A stretch of DNA of 64,000 nt from an uncultured Nitrospiraceae bacterium. Lineage in GTDB: Bacteria; Nitrospirota; Thermodesulfovibrionia; Thermodesulfovibrionales; SM23-35. Under the pieces are notes generated by a model. It was given only the letters and a program-made list of their open reading frames with translations, was not told where the DNA came from and did not search any database. The position numbers and the translations under genes were made by a program. The stretch spans positions 1,088,001 through 1,152,000 of the forward strand of contig CAVSHB010000001.1 of assembly GCA_963727775.1 (NCBI GenBank), in the 5' to 3' direction. Shown piece by piece: positions 12,227 through 20,631 of this stretch (the first letter of the stretch is position 1; each line of letters opens with the position of its first letter).

Positions 12227-13379
12227 GGTCGCAAAGTGCGGCAAGTCCCTTATAACGGGCCTACACATACTTATCAAGACTACCGGAATTTATGATTCCA
12301 TGAACGAGACAATCCTCAATATGGCGCAGAAGCTTCTGATTGATATTGAGCTTTTATTAGAAGAATCGGGGGAGTTTGCGATCAAGATGATCGAAGGGTC
12401 ATTTTATATCGAAGGCAGTAGGATAAAGGCAGGCGTCTCCGACATCGAGATTTTCAATTCCCTCGCGGAAGAATTAAAAAGGAGATCGATAGGATCGCTT
12501 GACTTCAAAGCCCCTATAAAAGCAGATGATTTGATACACCTTGCTTACGCAATAAAAGAGGGTAATGAGGCTTCCGAGATCCAAGCAACGATCGAGAAGA
12601 AGGTTGCGGAAGGTATTACCATCGGAGGTCCTGTTATTTTGCACAAAGGGGAAGGAATCGATCTGAAAGACAATTACGCGATGGCGAAACGGGCATATTT
12701 GAAGTCGGTCGTAGTGATAAAAGAAATGTATAATTCCGTCAAAGACGGGACACGGGTAAAGTTGAAAAAAATAAAAAGGACACTCCAGTTAATAGTTGAC
12801 TGTGTTTCAGCGGACCAGGGTGAAAGAAATCTAATAAGTTTTATTCATGCAGGAGGTCCTGAAGAGTACACATATTACCATTCGGTAAATGTCTGTGTCC
12901 TCTCGGTTGCGCTCGGGAACAAAATCGGCCTTAGCAGGGTCCACCTGAGGAACCTGGCCATGGCGGGACTTTTTCATGATATCGGGAAGATAATGGTTCC
13001 GTCCGGTATTTTAAATAAGAAGAGCGGTTTTACTTCTAAAGAGCAGGAGCTTTTAAAAAGACATCCTGTAGACGGTATAAAGGTGCTTCTAAAATCTTTC
13101 GGGCTCAGTGAAACCTTAATCTTGTCAATGCTCGTATCCTTTGAACACCATATGGAGCTTGATCTTTCAGGCTATCCGGCGGTTTCCGGTAAAAGAAAGC
13201 TAAACCTCTTCAGCCGGATTGTGAGTATAGCCGACAGATACGACAGCCTTATATCAGGGCGCGTTCACGGGCGTGAAAAACTCGGCACAGGAGATGCGCT
13301 GAGATTAATGCGCAAGGACAGCGGCACCCTCTACGACCCGTTACTCGTAAAAGCCTTTACTGAGATTTTTAGGAGATAG
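12207..13379 (+). CDS. HD-GYP domain phosphohydrolase
   Basis: YHSVNV, FHDIGKI, EHH...SGYP, IADRYDSL; overlaps the HEAT gene stop. Confidence 0.88.
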   Translation: METLESKVAKCGKSLITGLHILIKTTGIYDSMNETILNMAQKLLIDIELLLEESGEFAIKMIEGSFYIEGSRIKAGVSDIEIFNSLAEELKRRSIGSLDFKAPIKADDLIHLAYAIKEGNEASEIQATIEKKVAEGITIGGPVILHKGEGIDLKDNYAMAKRAYLKSVVVIKEMYNSVKDGTRVKLKKIKRTLQLIVDCVSADQGERNLISFIHAGGPEEYTYYHSVNVCVLSVALGNKIGLSRVHLRNLAMAGLFHDIGKIMVPSGILNKKSGFTSKEQELLKRHPVDGIKVLLKSFGLSETLILSMLVSFEHHMELDLSGYPAVSGKRKLNLFSRIVSIADRYDSLISGRVHGREKLGTGDALRLMRKDSGTLYDPLLVKAFTEIFRR

Positions 13380-13433
13380 GAGGCAATGCCCCATGTTCTT
13401 GTTTTCGGTTCTTCTGACTTTGTGTGGAAGTTA

Positions 13434-13592
13434 TTCCCCCTCTTAAGTTAAGAGGGGGGAGGGGGAGTTATGAAGTTGTTGAGAAGAGATACACAATTAA
13501 AGCAACGGCAATGAGAATTAAGGCGAAATCAGACTGAAAATCGTTTTTAAAAGTAACCCCTCCTAACCTCCCCTTTGCCAAAGGGGAGGGAT
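13434..13592. repeat. Pair of inverted GC-rich palindromic repeats enclosing a DUF559 endonuclease relic
   Basis: CCCCCTCTTAA-G-TTAAGAGGGGG...GGGGGAGTTA at left and TAACCCCTCC...CTCCCCTTTG-C-CAAAGGGGAG at right; interior reads MKLLRRDTQLKQRQ*ELRRNQTE from ATG 13470. Confidence 0.65.
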
Positions 13593-13615
13593 AAAGATGC
13601 AAAGCAGGAAAGAAC

Positions 13616-14428
13616 TTATTTCCCGCGGGCGGACAGATTATGCACCATCTCGGCGCCTATCAGAAAGATGCACGAGGAATAAAACATCCAGAGCAGAAAT
13701 ACTACAAAAGCAGTCAGCGGGCCATAGATGGTACCGAATTTTATAACGCTGCCGACGTACCAAGTGAAGACATGCTTCGCAATCTCAAGGAAAATTGTAG
13801 CGAACAGGGAACCCGCGAAGGCATTCCTGATCTTTACATTTGTCTTTGGAAAAAAGACGTACATTACCGTAATGGTGAAAAAGACCATTAAGAAAGGGAC
13901 TACATAACCTATAAGAAAACCGGTAAGCACTCCTATTCTTAATTCCGGGAAGACGGGCCTCAATGTTTTGAGCAGCGGGATCAGCGATGTCGTTACAAAG
14001 GAAACAAGGATCATTAATATGACGAGGGTAACGATAGTTAATGACAGGATGACCGACCATAAAAATGACCGGTTCTTTTTGACCTCGAATATTTTATTCA
14101 GCGCGTTTTCAACGGACGCGAAGACCTGCAGTGAAAGTATCCCATAGAGTATAAAGCTGAATGTACCGATACCCTTAAATGTGACAAGCTTCCCAAGCTC
14201 GGTCGTTATCCCTTTGGTTATGGTCGGGAAAAAATTTATAAGCCTCGTGGACAAGAATTCATAAAAGCCGTAGTATCGCCCGAGAAGGTGGCCGAATACG
14301 GTAATCAGGAAAAGACAGAGGGGCACAAGCGCCATCATGGAAAAATAAGAGATCGATCCCGCGAGCATTATCCCGCCGTCTTTAAAGAAATCTACAAAAC
14401 TCCTTATTATGATCTTCAGGTATTTCAA
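13616..14428 (-). CDS. YihY/BrkB family membrane protein
   Basis: LAGSISYFSMMALVP, ENALNKIF, YGPLTAFVVFLLWMF, GAEM. Confidence 0.9.
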   Translation of the reverse strand: MKYLKIIIRSFVDFFKDGGIMLAGSISYFSMMALVPLCLFLITVFGHLLGRYYGFYEFLSTRLINFFPTITKGITTELGKLVTFKGIGTFSFILYGILSLQVFASVENALNKIFEVKKNRSFLWSVILSLTIVTLVILMILVSFVTTSLIPLLKTLRPVFPELRIGVLTGFLIGYVVPFLMVFFTITVMYVFFPKTNVKIRNAFAGSLFATIFLEIAKHVFTWYVGSVIKFGTIYGPLTAFVVFLLWMFYSSCIFLIGAEMVHNLSARGK

Positions 14429-14440
14429 CGGCTTCGATAT

Positions 14441-15745
14441 TTATCTCGCTTTTATATAGATACGAATGGGTGTGCCCTTGAATGAAAATTTACTTCTGAG
14501 CACTTTTTCTATATTACGAATGAACCCTTCTTTTAATGCCGACGGATAATTACAGAAAACCGCAAAGGAAGGGGGCTCCGTCTTTACCTGTGTTATATAG
14601 TAGATCTTCACTGCCCTTCCCCGGTACGAAGGCAGGGACATGTTTGAAAACATATCTCTGAAATATCTGTTGAGTTCCGCGGTAGCGACCCTTTTTTTCC
14701 TTTCCAGGATTATCTCGTCGATTATCGGGAAAACCTTTGTAACGCGTTTTTTCTCCAGAGCGGATATGGTCAGAAACGGGGCATACTGCATAAACCACAT
14801 GTTTCTGCCAAGTTCTTTTTCGAACGATTTATATCTCTCTTCAGGCTTATCTATGAGGTCCCATTTGTTAAGAATAAAAAGCGACCCCTTGCCGTATTCT
14901 CCAACGATCCCCGCTATTTTCTGGTCCTGGTCCGTTACGCCCTGAGTCGCGTCTATTACAATTAACGCCACATCGCATCTTTCTATGCTCCTAATGGCCC
15001 TGACTGTCGAGAACCTCTCAACCGAGTATCCCGTCATATCTTTTCTCCCGATCCCGGCGGTATCTATCAACGCATATTTCCTGCCGTAATAGGTACAGAT
15101 GCTATCTATAGAGTCCCTGGTAGTACCCGGCGCAGGGCTGACAATCATTCTTTGCCTGCTGAGAAAAGTATTGACCAGGGTAGATTTTCCGACATTGGGC
15201 TTTCCTACAACAGCTATCTTCGGATAGTCAATCTTCTCCTCGGTATACAGCGGCAACAGGCCGGCCAGCTTGTCCATAAATTCTTCATATCCATATCCTG
15301 TAGCAGCGGAAACGGGCCACAATTCTTCAGAGCCTATCGGATAAAAATCAAAAAGCCTTTCCTCGCGCGTAGGCCCGTCGATCTTATTGACCGCCCACAG
15401 AATTTTTTTGCCGGAAACCCGCAGCGATCTCGCGAGGTCCATATCAGAAGGGGTGAGGCCTTCTTTGCCGTCAAGCAGCTGTATTATGACATCCCCTTCC
15501 TCAACGGCAAATAATGCCTGTTCCTTAATCTGGGAAAATATGTCATCGGCCGGCTCCGGATAAAAACCACCCGTGTCGACGACAACGAATTTTTTATCTT
15601 CCCATTCTGTGTCAAGGTAATTCCTGTCCCTTGTAACGCCGGGGATGTCTTCAACAATAGCGGTATGTGACCCTGTCATTCTGTTGAACAGAGTTGATTT
15701 GCCTACATTAGGCCTTCCGACTATAACAACAAAAGGTTTTGCCAT
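14441..15745 (-). CDS. der: Ribosome biogenesis GTPase Der (EngA)
   Basis: Two G domains (GRPNVGKSTLFN; GKPNVGKSTLVN) and a C-terminal KH-like GTPIRI. Confidence 0.96.
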   Translation of the reverse strand: MAKPFVVIVGRPNVGKSTLFNRMTGSHTAIVEDIPGVTRDRNYLDTEWEDKKFVVVDTGGFYPEPADDIFSQIKEQALFAVEEGDVIIQLLDGKEGLTPSDMDLARSLRVSGKKILWAVNKIDGPTREERLFDFYPIGSEELWPVSAATGYGYEEFMDKLAGLLPLYTEEKIDYPKIAVVGKPNVGKSTLVNTFLSRQRMIVSPAPGTTRDSIDSICTYYGRKYALIDTAGIGRKDMTGYSVERFSTVRAIRSIERCDVALIVIDATQGVTDQDQKIAGIVGEYGKGSLFILNKWDLIDKPEERYKSFEKELGRNMWFMQYAPFLTISALEKKRVTKVFPIIDEIILERKKRVATAELNRYFRDMFSNMSLPSYRGRAVKIYYITQVKTEPPSFAVFCNYPSALKEGFIRNIEKVLRSKFSFKGTPIRIYIKAR

Positions 15746-15790
15746 AGATGTAATTTTACACTAAAGAGATCATATAAAACGTATATGACT

Positions 15791-16279
15791 TTAAAAATGT
15801 GAATTTGAAACCGATGCGAACTCATCCAACATCTTCAGCCACAGGTCGGCTATCCCCTGCAAGGAATCATCAAATTCACGGTATCCCGGATTCTGTTCCA
15901 TTTTGTCGAGCAGGGAATCGCAGAAATACCAATTGCATCCGGACGGTCTGAGAGAACGTTCCATGGAACATCCGCTGTCGGAAAGAAAACGGCATGGGTC
16001 GGCATCATTATTTCCCGATGCCGGTGGAAGCGGCTTCAAGTCGAGCGCATGTAGATATATAAGATCTTCAAAATTATAGTAACCATGCCTGCTTATGCAG
16101 CACACCTCCTTGCAATAAGGACAAACTGCGCTGGTGGTCTGCTGGATAAACGGACTGATCTTTTCGATACGGTCCTTTATTTCTCTCGCAAGCATCTTAA
16201 GACCCTGAAGTTTATGCTCCTGCTTGTGGAAAAGCCTTGCTATATAAAGCGGCGCCTGATTATGCGCGGAGCGGTTCAC
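15791..16279 (-). CDS. Cys-cluster hypothetical protein (YkgJ-like, putative Zn/Fe-S)
   Basis: CPYCKEVCC and CRFL...GC...RPSGCNWYFC. Confidence 0.6.
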   Translation of the reverse strand: MNRSAHNQAPLYIARLFHKQEHKLQGLKMLAREIKDRIEKISPFIQQTTSAVCPYCKEVCCISRHGYYNFEDLIYLHALDLKPLPPASGNNDADPCRFLSDSGCSMERSLRPSGCNWYFCDSLLDKMEQNPGYREFDDSLQGIADLWLKMLDEFASVSNSHF

Positions 16280-16545
16280 GTTTAAGACCTTTTGATGGAA
16301 TGGTTGTTATTGATATTCATAGGATGTATTATATTCCCCGGTTTATATAAATAATAGAAATTATTCGTCGACCAATTCCGATAAGACTGCCGAATAGGTT
16401 TCACCCCTCGAGAATCCTTGTCCCCTTGTATGGATACTTCCGTATATGCAAATTTATCGCGTAAGGCAGTAGCTATTTTATAATATGCTTGCTATAATAA
16501 TTTTTAATAGTTACCTAATTATTATATAAAAATGAGGTGCTTATT

Positions 16546-16788
16546 ATGCGTGCAACTTTAAACATATCAGAAGAGCTTATCAAGAAGGTGCAAAAGCTGT
16601 CTGGAGAAAAATCAAAGACCAAGGCAATCACTGTTGCAATGGAAGAATATGTAAGACAGAAAAAGACAAGAGACCTACTGGCGCTAAAAGGTAAAATTGC
16701 TCTGGCATTCGATTGGGAAGCCGAAGAAGAGAAAGAATTAAAATGCCAGAAGAAAAGAGAGAATTTCCTTGAAAAAAGAAGAACTTAA
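16546..16788 (+). CDS. vapB: VapB-type antitoxin
   Basis: MRATLNISEELI...KTKAITVAMEEYVR ribbon-helix-helix pattern, overlapping a PIN gene. Confidence 0.8.
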   Translation: MRATLNISEELIKKVQKLSGEKSKTKAITVAMEEYVRQKKTRDLLALKGKIALAFDWEAEEEKELKCQKKRENFLEKRRT

Positions 16789-17167
16789 AATTTTGATTGA
16801 TACGAGCGCATGGGTTGAGTTCTTTAGAGGAACCTCCAAAATCGCAGATACGGTTGCAAAGCTTATTGAAACAGGGAGGGCGTCAATTTGCGGAGTCATT
16901 ACCTATGAACTTATGCAGGGAGCTAAATCTCAGGAGGAGTCTGCACATCTTTCGGAAGTATTGTCGGCGCTCCATTATATAGAAATGACTTCCAAGTTAT
17001 GGATAAAGGCTGGAAACATATCAGCCGGACTCCGGGCAAAAGGAATAACTTTAACCATGTCTGATCTTATAATAGGCGCAATAGCATCAGAACTCAGGCT
17101 GGAAGTCCTCACCTTGGATACGCACTTTACAAGCATCCCTGGAATCAAATTGTATCACTACAAATGA
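16769..17167 (+). CDS. vapC: PIN-domain toxin VapC
   Basis: ILIDTSAWVEF, YELMQG, SDLIIGAIA, LTLDTHF. Confidence 0.9.
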   Translation: MKKEELKILIDTSAWVEFFRGTSKIADTVAKLIETGRASICGVITYELMQGAKSQEESAHLSEVLSALHYIEMTSKLWIKAGNISAGLRAKGITLTMSDLIIGAIASELRLEVLTLDTHFTSIPGIKLYHYK

Positions 17168-17439
17168 AAGTATATTTTATTTGTAGGTCCTTCCGGTTAT
17201 TTCTGATTCGAAGATTGCGGTTACAAAAATATGAACTGAAAAAAACCCTTCCTGAAACTCGCACTTTGCAAAAAATCAAAAATGGTGTAAATTATTATCG
17301 GAATTCAATTACGGAGAAAGTCAAAGTATCGCTGACTAATATTACAAATTCTATATTATTTGCTTGACTAACATGAGATTTCGGATATTAGTCGTATTAC
17401 CTGAATGGATAACATTACAAAAAGAGTATTAGCAGGAAA

Positions 17440-17460
17440 CTATCTAATAACTGGTTAAGC
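17440..17460 (+). mobile_element. attI-like integron recombination site / start of first cassette
   Basis: CTATCTAATAACTG-GTTAAGC. GTTAAGC fits GTTRRRY, lies 8 nt before an ATG, and is the exact reverse complement of the R'' (GCTTAAC) of the next attC. Confidence 0.55.
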
Positions 17461-17468
17461 TTAAAAAT

Positions 17469-17772
17469 ATGACTAACAAATTAGAAGGCGTACTTGAAAG
17501 AGAATTTCAAAGAGCTGTTAGTATTTGCATTGATCAATATGGATATAGACCATCTTATTTTTTACAGATATTGGGTAATTATGGACCAACAGATACTGCA
17601 ATCAGACTTGTGACGGCTCCTAAATTTCATGAAGGGTTTATAGGAGCTTAGGCGACTTGATCTTACTGTTGAGGCAATTATACTCCGCAATCCATATAAT
17701 CAGCTATTTACCAAAGAAGTTCTTGAAAAGGCGAGACAAAGATTAGAGCAGTTTGGATATAAAGAAGAATAG
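17469..17772 (+). pseudogene. Frameshifted hypothetical gene (cassette ORF 1)
   Basis: MTNKLEG...PKFHEGF continues in another frame, after an in-frame TAG, as ELRRLDLTVEAIILRNPYNQLFTKEVLEKARQRLEQFGYKEE*. Confidence 0.65.
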
Positions 17773-17831
17773 ATTAACCAAATACACCTTATCGACACTG
17801 CTTTTAAAAAGCAAAAATGATAAAATAAGCC

Positions 17832-18074
17832 ATGAAATGTACCCAATACTTCTCCTTTATCAGGCAACGACCAGACAGGGCAACTATCAAAGATGAATGG
17901 ATATTGGATACAATGAATAAACCTGTAAAGACACAATTTCAGACTGATGGAAGGATAAGGAAGTGGCGTTATATCGAGGAAATGGGCAAATATCTAAGGA
18001 TAATCCTTTTAGATGACGGAGTAACTGTTCATAATGCTTTCTTTGATAGAAACTTTAAGGAGGAAGAAAAATGA
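17832..18074 (+). CDS. Small putative RelE/BrnT-like toxin
   Basis: 80 aa, QTDGRIRKW...YLRIILLDDGVTVHNAFFDR; ATGA overlap with a DUF2283 gene. Confidence 0.65.
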   Translation: MKCTQYFSFIRQRPDRATIKDEWILDTMNKPVKTQFQTDGRIRKWRYIEEMGKYLRIILLDDGVTVHNAFFDRNFKEEEK

Positions 18075-18277
18075 AAATTCGATATTTCTCAGATACAGAT
18101 ACAGCGTTGATTGAGTTCTCAAATGTTCCAGTTGTTGAGACAAAAGAAATATCAGAAAACCTCTACATTGACTTGGATGAAAAGGGCAATCTCGTAAGTA
18201 TGACCATTGAACATGCAAAAGAAAAAGCTGGCATGTCTGAAGTTTCTTTTTTGCAAATGGAAAAGAGCGCTGCTTAA
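18071..18277 (+). CDS. DUF2283 family putative antitoxin
   Basis: MKIRYFSDTDTALIEF...LYIDLDEKGNLVSMTIEHA. Confidence 0.8.
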   Translation: MKIRYFSDTDTALIEFSNVPVVETKEISENLYIDLDEKGNLVSMTIEHAKEKAGMSEVSFLQMEKSAA

Positions 18278-18329
18278 CAAAGCACTCGTGCGGATGGCTG
18301 ATAGCCACCGCACAGTTTCATCGTTAAAG
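18272..18329 (+). mobile_element. Integron attC site (58 bp)
   Basis: GCTTAAC-AAAGC-ACT(C)GTGCGG(A)TGGCT-GAT-AGCCA-CCGCACAGT-TTCATC-GTTAAAG: R''/R' boxes, a hairpin with two unpaired (extrahelical) bases, and the upstream gene stop inside R''. Confidence 0.85.
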
Positions 18330-18338
18330 GAGCCAAAA

Positions 18339-18404
18339 GTGGATAAACGGCACCCAAAAGTTTTTATAAGTTACGTCCGTGAAGACATGGATAGAGCCTC
18401 ATAA
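18339..18404 (+). pseudogene. N-terminal stub of a TIR-domain cassette gene
   Basis: AAGGAG RBS right after attC, then MDKRHPKVFISYVREDMDRAS*; KVFISY.RED is the TIR box-1 pattern. Confidence 0.6.
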
Positions 18405-18481
18405 AGCGTCGTTTATTTGAGTAGAATAGAAACAAAGGAAGAGACAAAAGAATCAGCTTTGACACTGGACAAAGTGACTCA

Positions 18482-18528
18482 CCCTAACCATCAGGTCAAG
18501 CGGTCAAGCCGCTTCCTGCGCGCTACAC
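18482..18528 (+). mobile_element. Degenerate attC site
   Basis: CCCTAAC-CAT-CAGG(TC)AAGCGG-TCAAG-CCGCTTCCTG-CGC-GCTACAC; hairpin retained, R' appears mutated GTT>GCT. Confidence 0.55.
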
Positions 18529-18800
18529 AATTCTCCGGTCAATCAACACGTTTCACTATTTGTCAAAAAAGTTTATGTGTAGGTGTTGGTCGCATCCCCA
18601 CAGAATAGCTGCTGCGTTGTCTTGATTAAGAAATGAAACCCACTACTGAGGATATTTTACTGAAAGAGCTTTGATATTTGCGTTGAGTGGACGGCGCACT
18701 ACGTGTAGTTGAAACCTATTTGGTGCTGGATCTTTGGGACAGCTGATTCCTGAGCTTAGCGTGCTTTATATCCAGAATTCTCAACGGAAGGAGATAATAG

Positions 18801-19262
18801 TTACTGCTTAACCTCGAAGATAAACTCTATCTCTAAAGGAGAATTCAGAGGCAGGACATTTACTCCGACTGCGGCCCTCGCATGTCTGCCTGCTTCTCCG
18901 AAGACATCGAACAGTAAGTCGGAGGCGGCATTCAGGACCTTAGGCTGATCAATGAAATCAGGGGCCGACGCGACATACCCCGTTATCTTGACGCACCGTC
19001 TGACATTATTCAGGCTTCCGATATGAAGCTTTAAGGCAGCTAATGCATTGATGGCAGCTGTTCTTGAGTCTTCCATCGCCATCGCCAATGAGACAGATTC
19101 ACCAACCTTTCCCGTCCTTGTCAATTTCCCGTTACGGAAGGGAAGAATTCCGCTGAGAAAGATTAAATCAGCTGTACGAACACAAGGCACATAAGAACCG
19201 AGCGGTTTCGGAGATTCTGGAAGTTCGATCCCCAATTCCTTCAGTTTCTCTTCGGGTGACAT
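18801..19262 (-). CDS. RidA/YjgF family protein
   Basis: PKPLGSYVP, VKITGYVAS, NAASDLL, GRHARAAVGV..LP. Confidence 0.92.
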   Translation of the reverse strand: MSPEEKLKELGIELPESPKPLGSYVPCVRTADLIFLSGILPFRNGKLTRTGKVGESVSLAMAMEDSRTAAINALAALKLHIGSLNNVRRCVKITGYVASAPDFIDQPKVLNAASDLLFDVFGEAGRHARAAVGVNVLPLNSPLEIEFIFEVKQ

Positions 19263-20521
19263 TACAGACCTAATTCCTCCGGCGTACCGATCCTTCCCAA
19301 GACCGCCGACGCCGCTGCGACTGCCGGGTTGGACAAGTACACTTCACTCTCCGGATGTCCCATCCTGCCGACAAAGTTCCTGTTTGTCGTTGCCAGCGCC
19401 CGCTCACCTTTGGCGAGTATCCCCATATAGCCTCCGAGACATGGTCCGCACGTAGGTGTGGACACCACTGCTTCGGCTTCAACGAAGATATCCAGAAGTT
19501 TCTCCTTCATCGCCTGCCTGTAAATCTTCTGAGTAGCCGGGATTACTATCATCCTCACGTTGGGATTGACCTTCCTCCCCTTTATGATTGAGGCTGCCTC
19601 TCTTAAATCTTCAAGACGGCCGTTCGTGCACGAACCGATTACAACCTGGTCGATGGTAATCCCGGAAAGCTCTGCCGCAGGTCTCGTATTTGATGGAAGG
19701 TGAGGGCATGAGACAGTGAGGGGGATCTTTGAACAGTCGTATTCACGGATGCCGGCGTATTGAGCGTTTTTGTCCGACTTGTAAAATTTATACGGTCTTT
19801 TTGCCCTGTTTCTTACATATGATTTCGTGATCTTGTCGGGCACTATTATTCCGTTCTTGCCTCCTGCCTCTATGGCCATATTACACATAGTGAGCCTGCT
19901 GTGCATCGGAAGGTTCTGGATAGTCTCACCCGTAAATTCCATCGCCATATAGAGTGCGCCGTCAACACCTATGTCTCCAATTGTATAAAGTATGAGGTCC
20001 TTGCCGCTGACCCACCTGTTGAGTGCACCGTAATATATGAACTTCAGCGATTCAGGGACCTTGAACCAGCATTCGCCTGTTGCCATTGCCGCTGCAACGT
20101 CTGTTGAGCCGACGCCTGTTGAAAACGCACCGAGCGCGCCATAGGTGCATGTGTGGCTGTCTGCGCCGATAATCAAATCCCCGGGAACGACAAGACCTTC
20201 TTCAGGCAACAGGGCATGCTCAACACCCATCCTTCCGACCTCAAAGTAGAGGCTGAGATCGTATTCTCTTGAAAAGTCTTTAAGCAACTTACATTGCTCC
20301 GCTGCCTTAATGTCTTTCTGCGGGGCAAAATGGTCGGGAATAAGTGCAACTCTGTTTTTATCGAAAACGTCCTTCGCCCCGATTTTTTTAAATTCGGATA
20401 TTGCTATCGGAGCGGTTATATCATTGGCAAGTATTAGGTCAACCTTTGCATTGATTAATTCACCCGGGGACACCTTTTTCTTGCCTGAATGTGCGGCTAA
20501 TATCTTCTCTGTAATTGTCAT
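19262..20521 (-). CDS. leuC: 3-isopropylmalate dehydratase large subunit
   Basis: MTITEKIL, IPDH, GADSHTCTYGA, IGSCTNGR, CGPCLG, NRNFVGRMG. Confidence 0.92.
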   Translation of the reverse strand: MTITEKILAAHSGKKKVSPGELINAKVDLILANDITAPIAISEFKKIGAKDVFDKNRVALIPDHFAPQKDIKAAEQCKLLKDFSREYDLSLYFEVGRMGVEHALLPEEGLVVPGDLIIGADSHTCTYGALGAFSTGVGSTDVAAAMATGECWFKVPESLKFIYYGALNRWVSGKDLILYTIGDIGVDGALYMAMEFTGETIQNLPMHSRLTMCNMAIEAGGKNGIIVPDKITKSYVRNRAKRPYKFYKSDKNAQYAGIREYDCSKIPLTVSCPHLPSNTRPAAELSGITIDQVVIGSCTNGRLEDLREAASIIKGRKVNPNVRMIVIPATQKIYRQAMKEKLLDIFVEAEAVVSTPTCGPCLGGYMGILAKGERALATTNRNFVGRMGHPESEVYLSNPAVAAASAVLGRIGTPEELGL

Positions 20522-20631
20522 GATTACCTCCATGTTGAATTATCTATTATACATGAGCGGCAAAGCTTGCGGCTACTTTTTTAGTCCCATCACTCTTCAT
20601 TTTATGTTAAAATGTCTGATAAAAATCAGGT

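Noticed and set aside
16436..16465. TTCCGTATAT-N6-TTATCG as a dif/attI-like site (similar TTCCGT motifs near 29070 and 61585)
   Set aside because: The second arm does not match XerD or GTTRRRY, and the copies share only a short core.
17164..17367. ORF between vapC and the attI-like site as a possible intI remnant
   Set aside because: No tyrosine-recombinase motif recognised on either strand.
18680..18765. Possible third attC fragment
   Set aside because: No RYYYAAC/GTTRRRY pair and no consistent hairpin.
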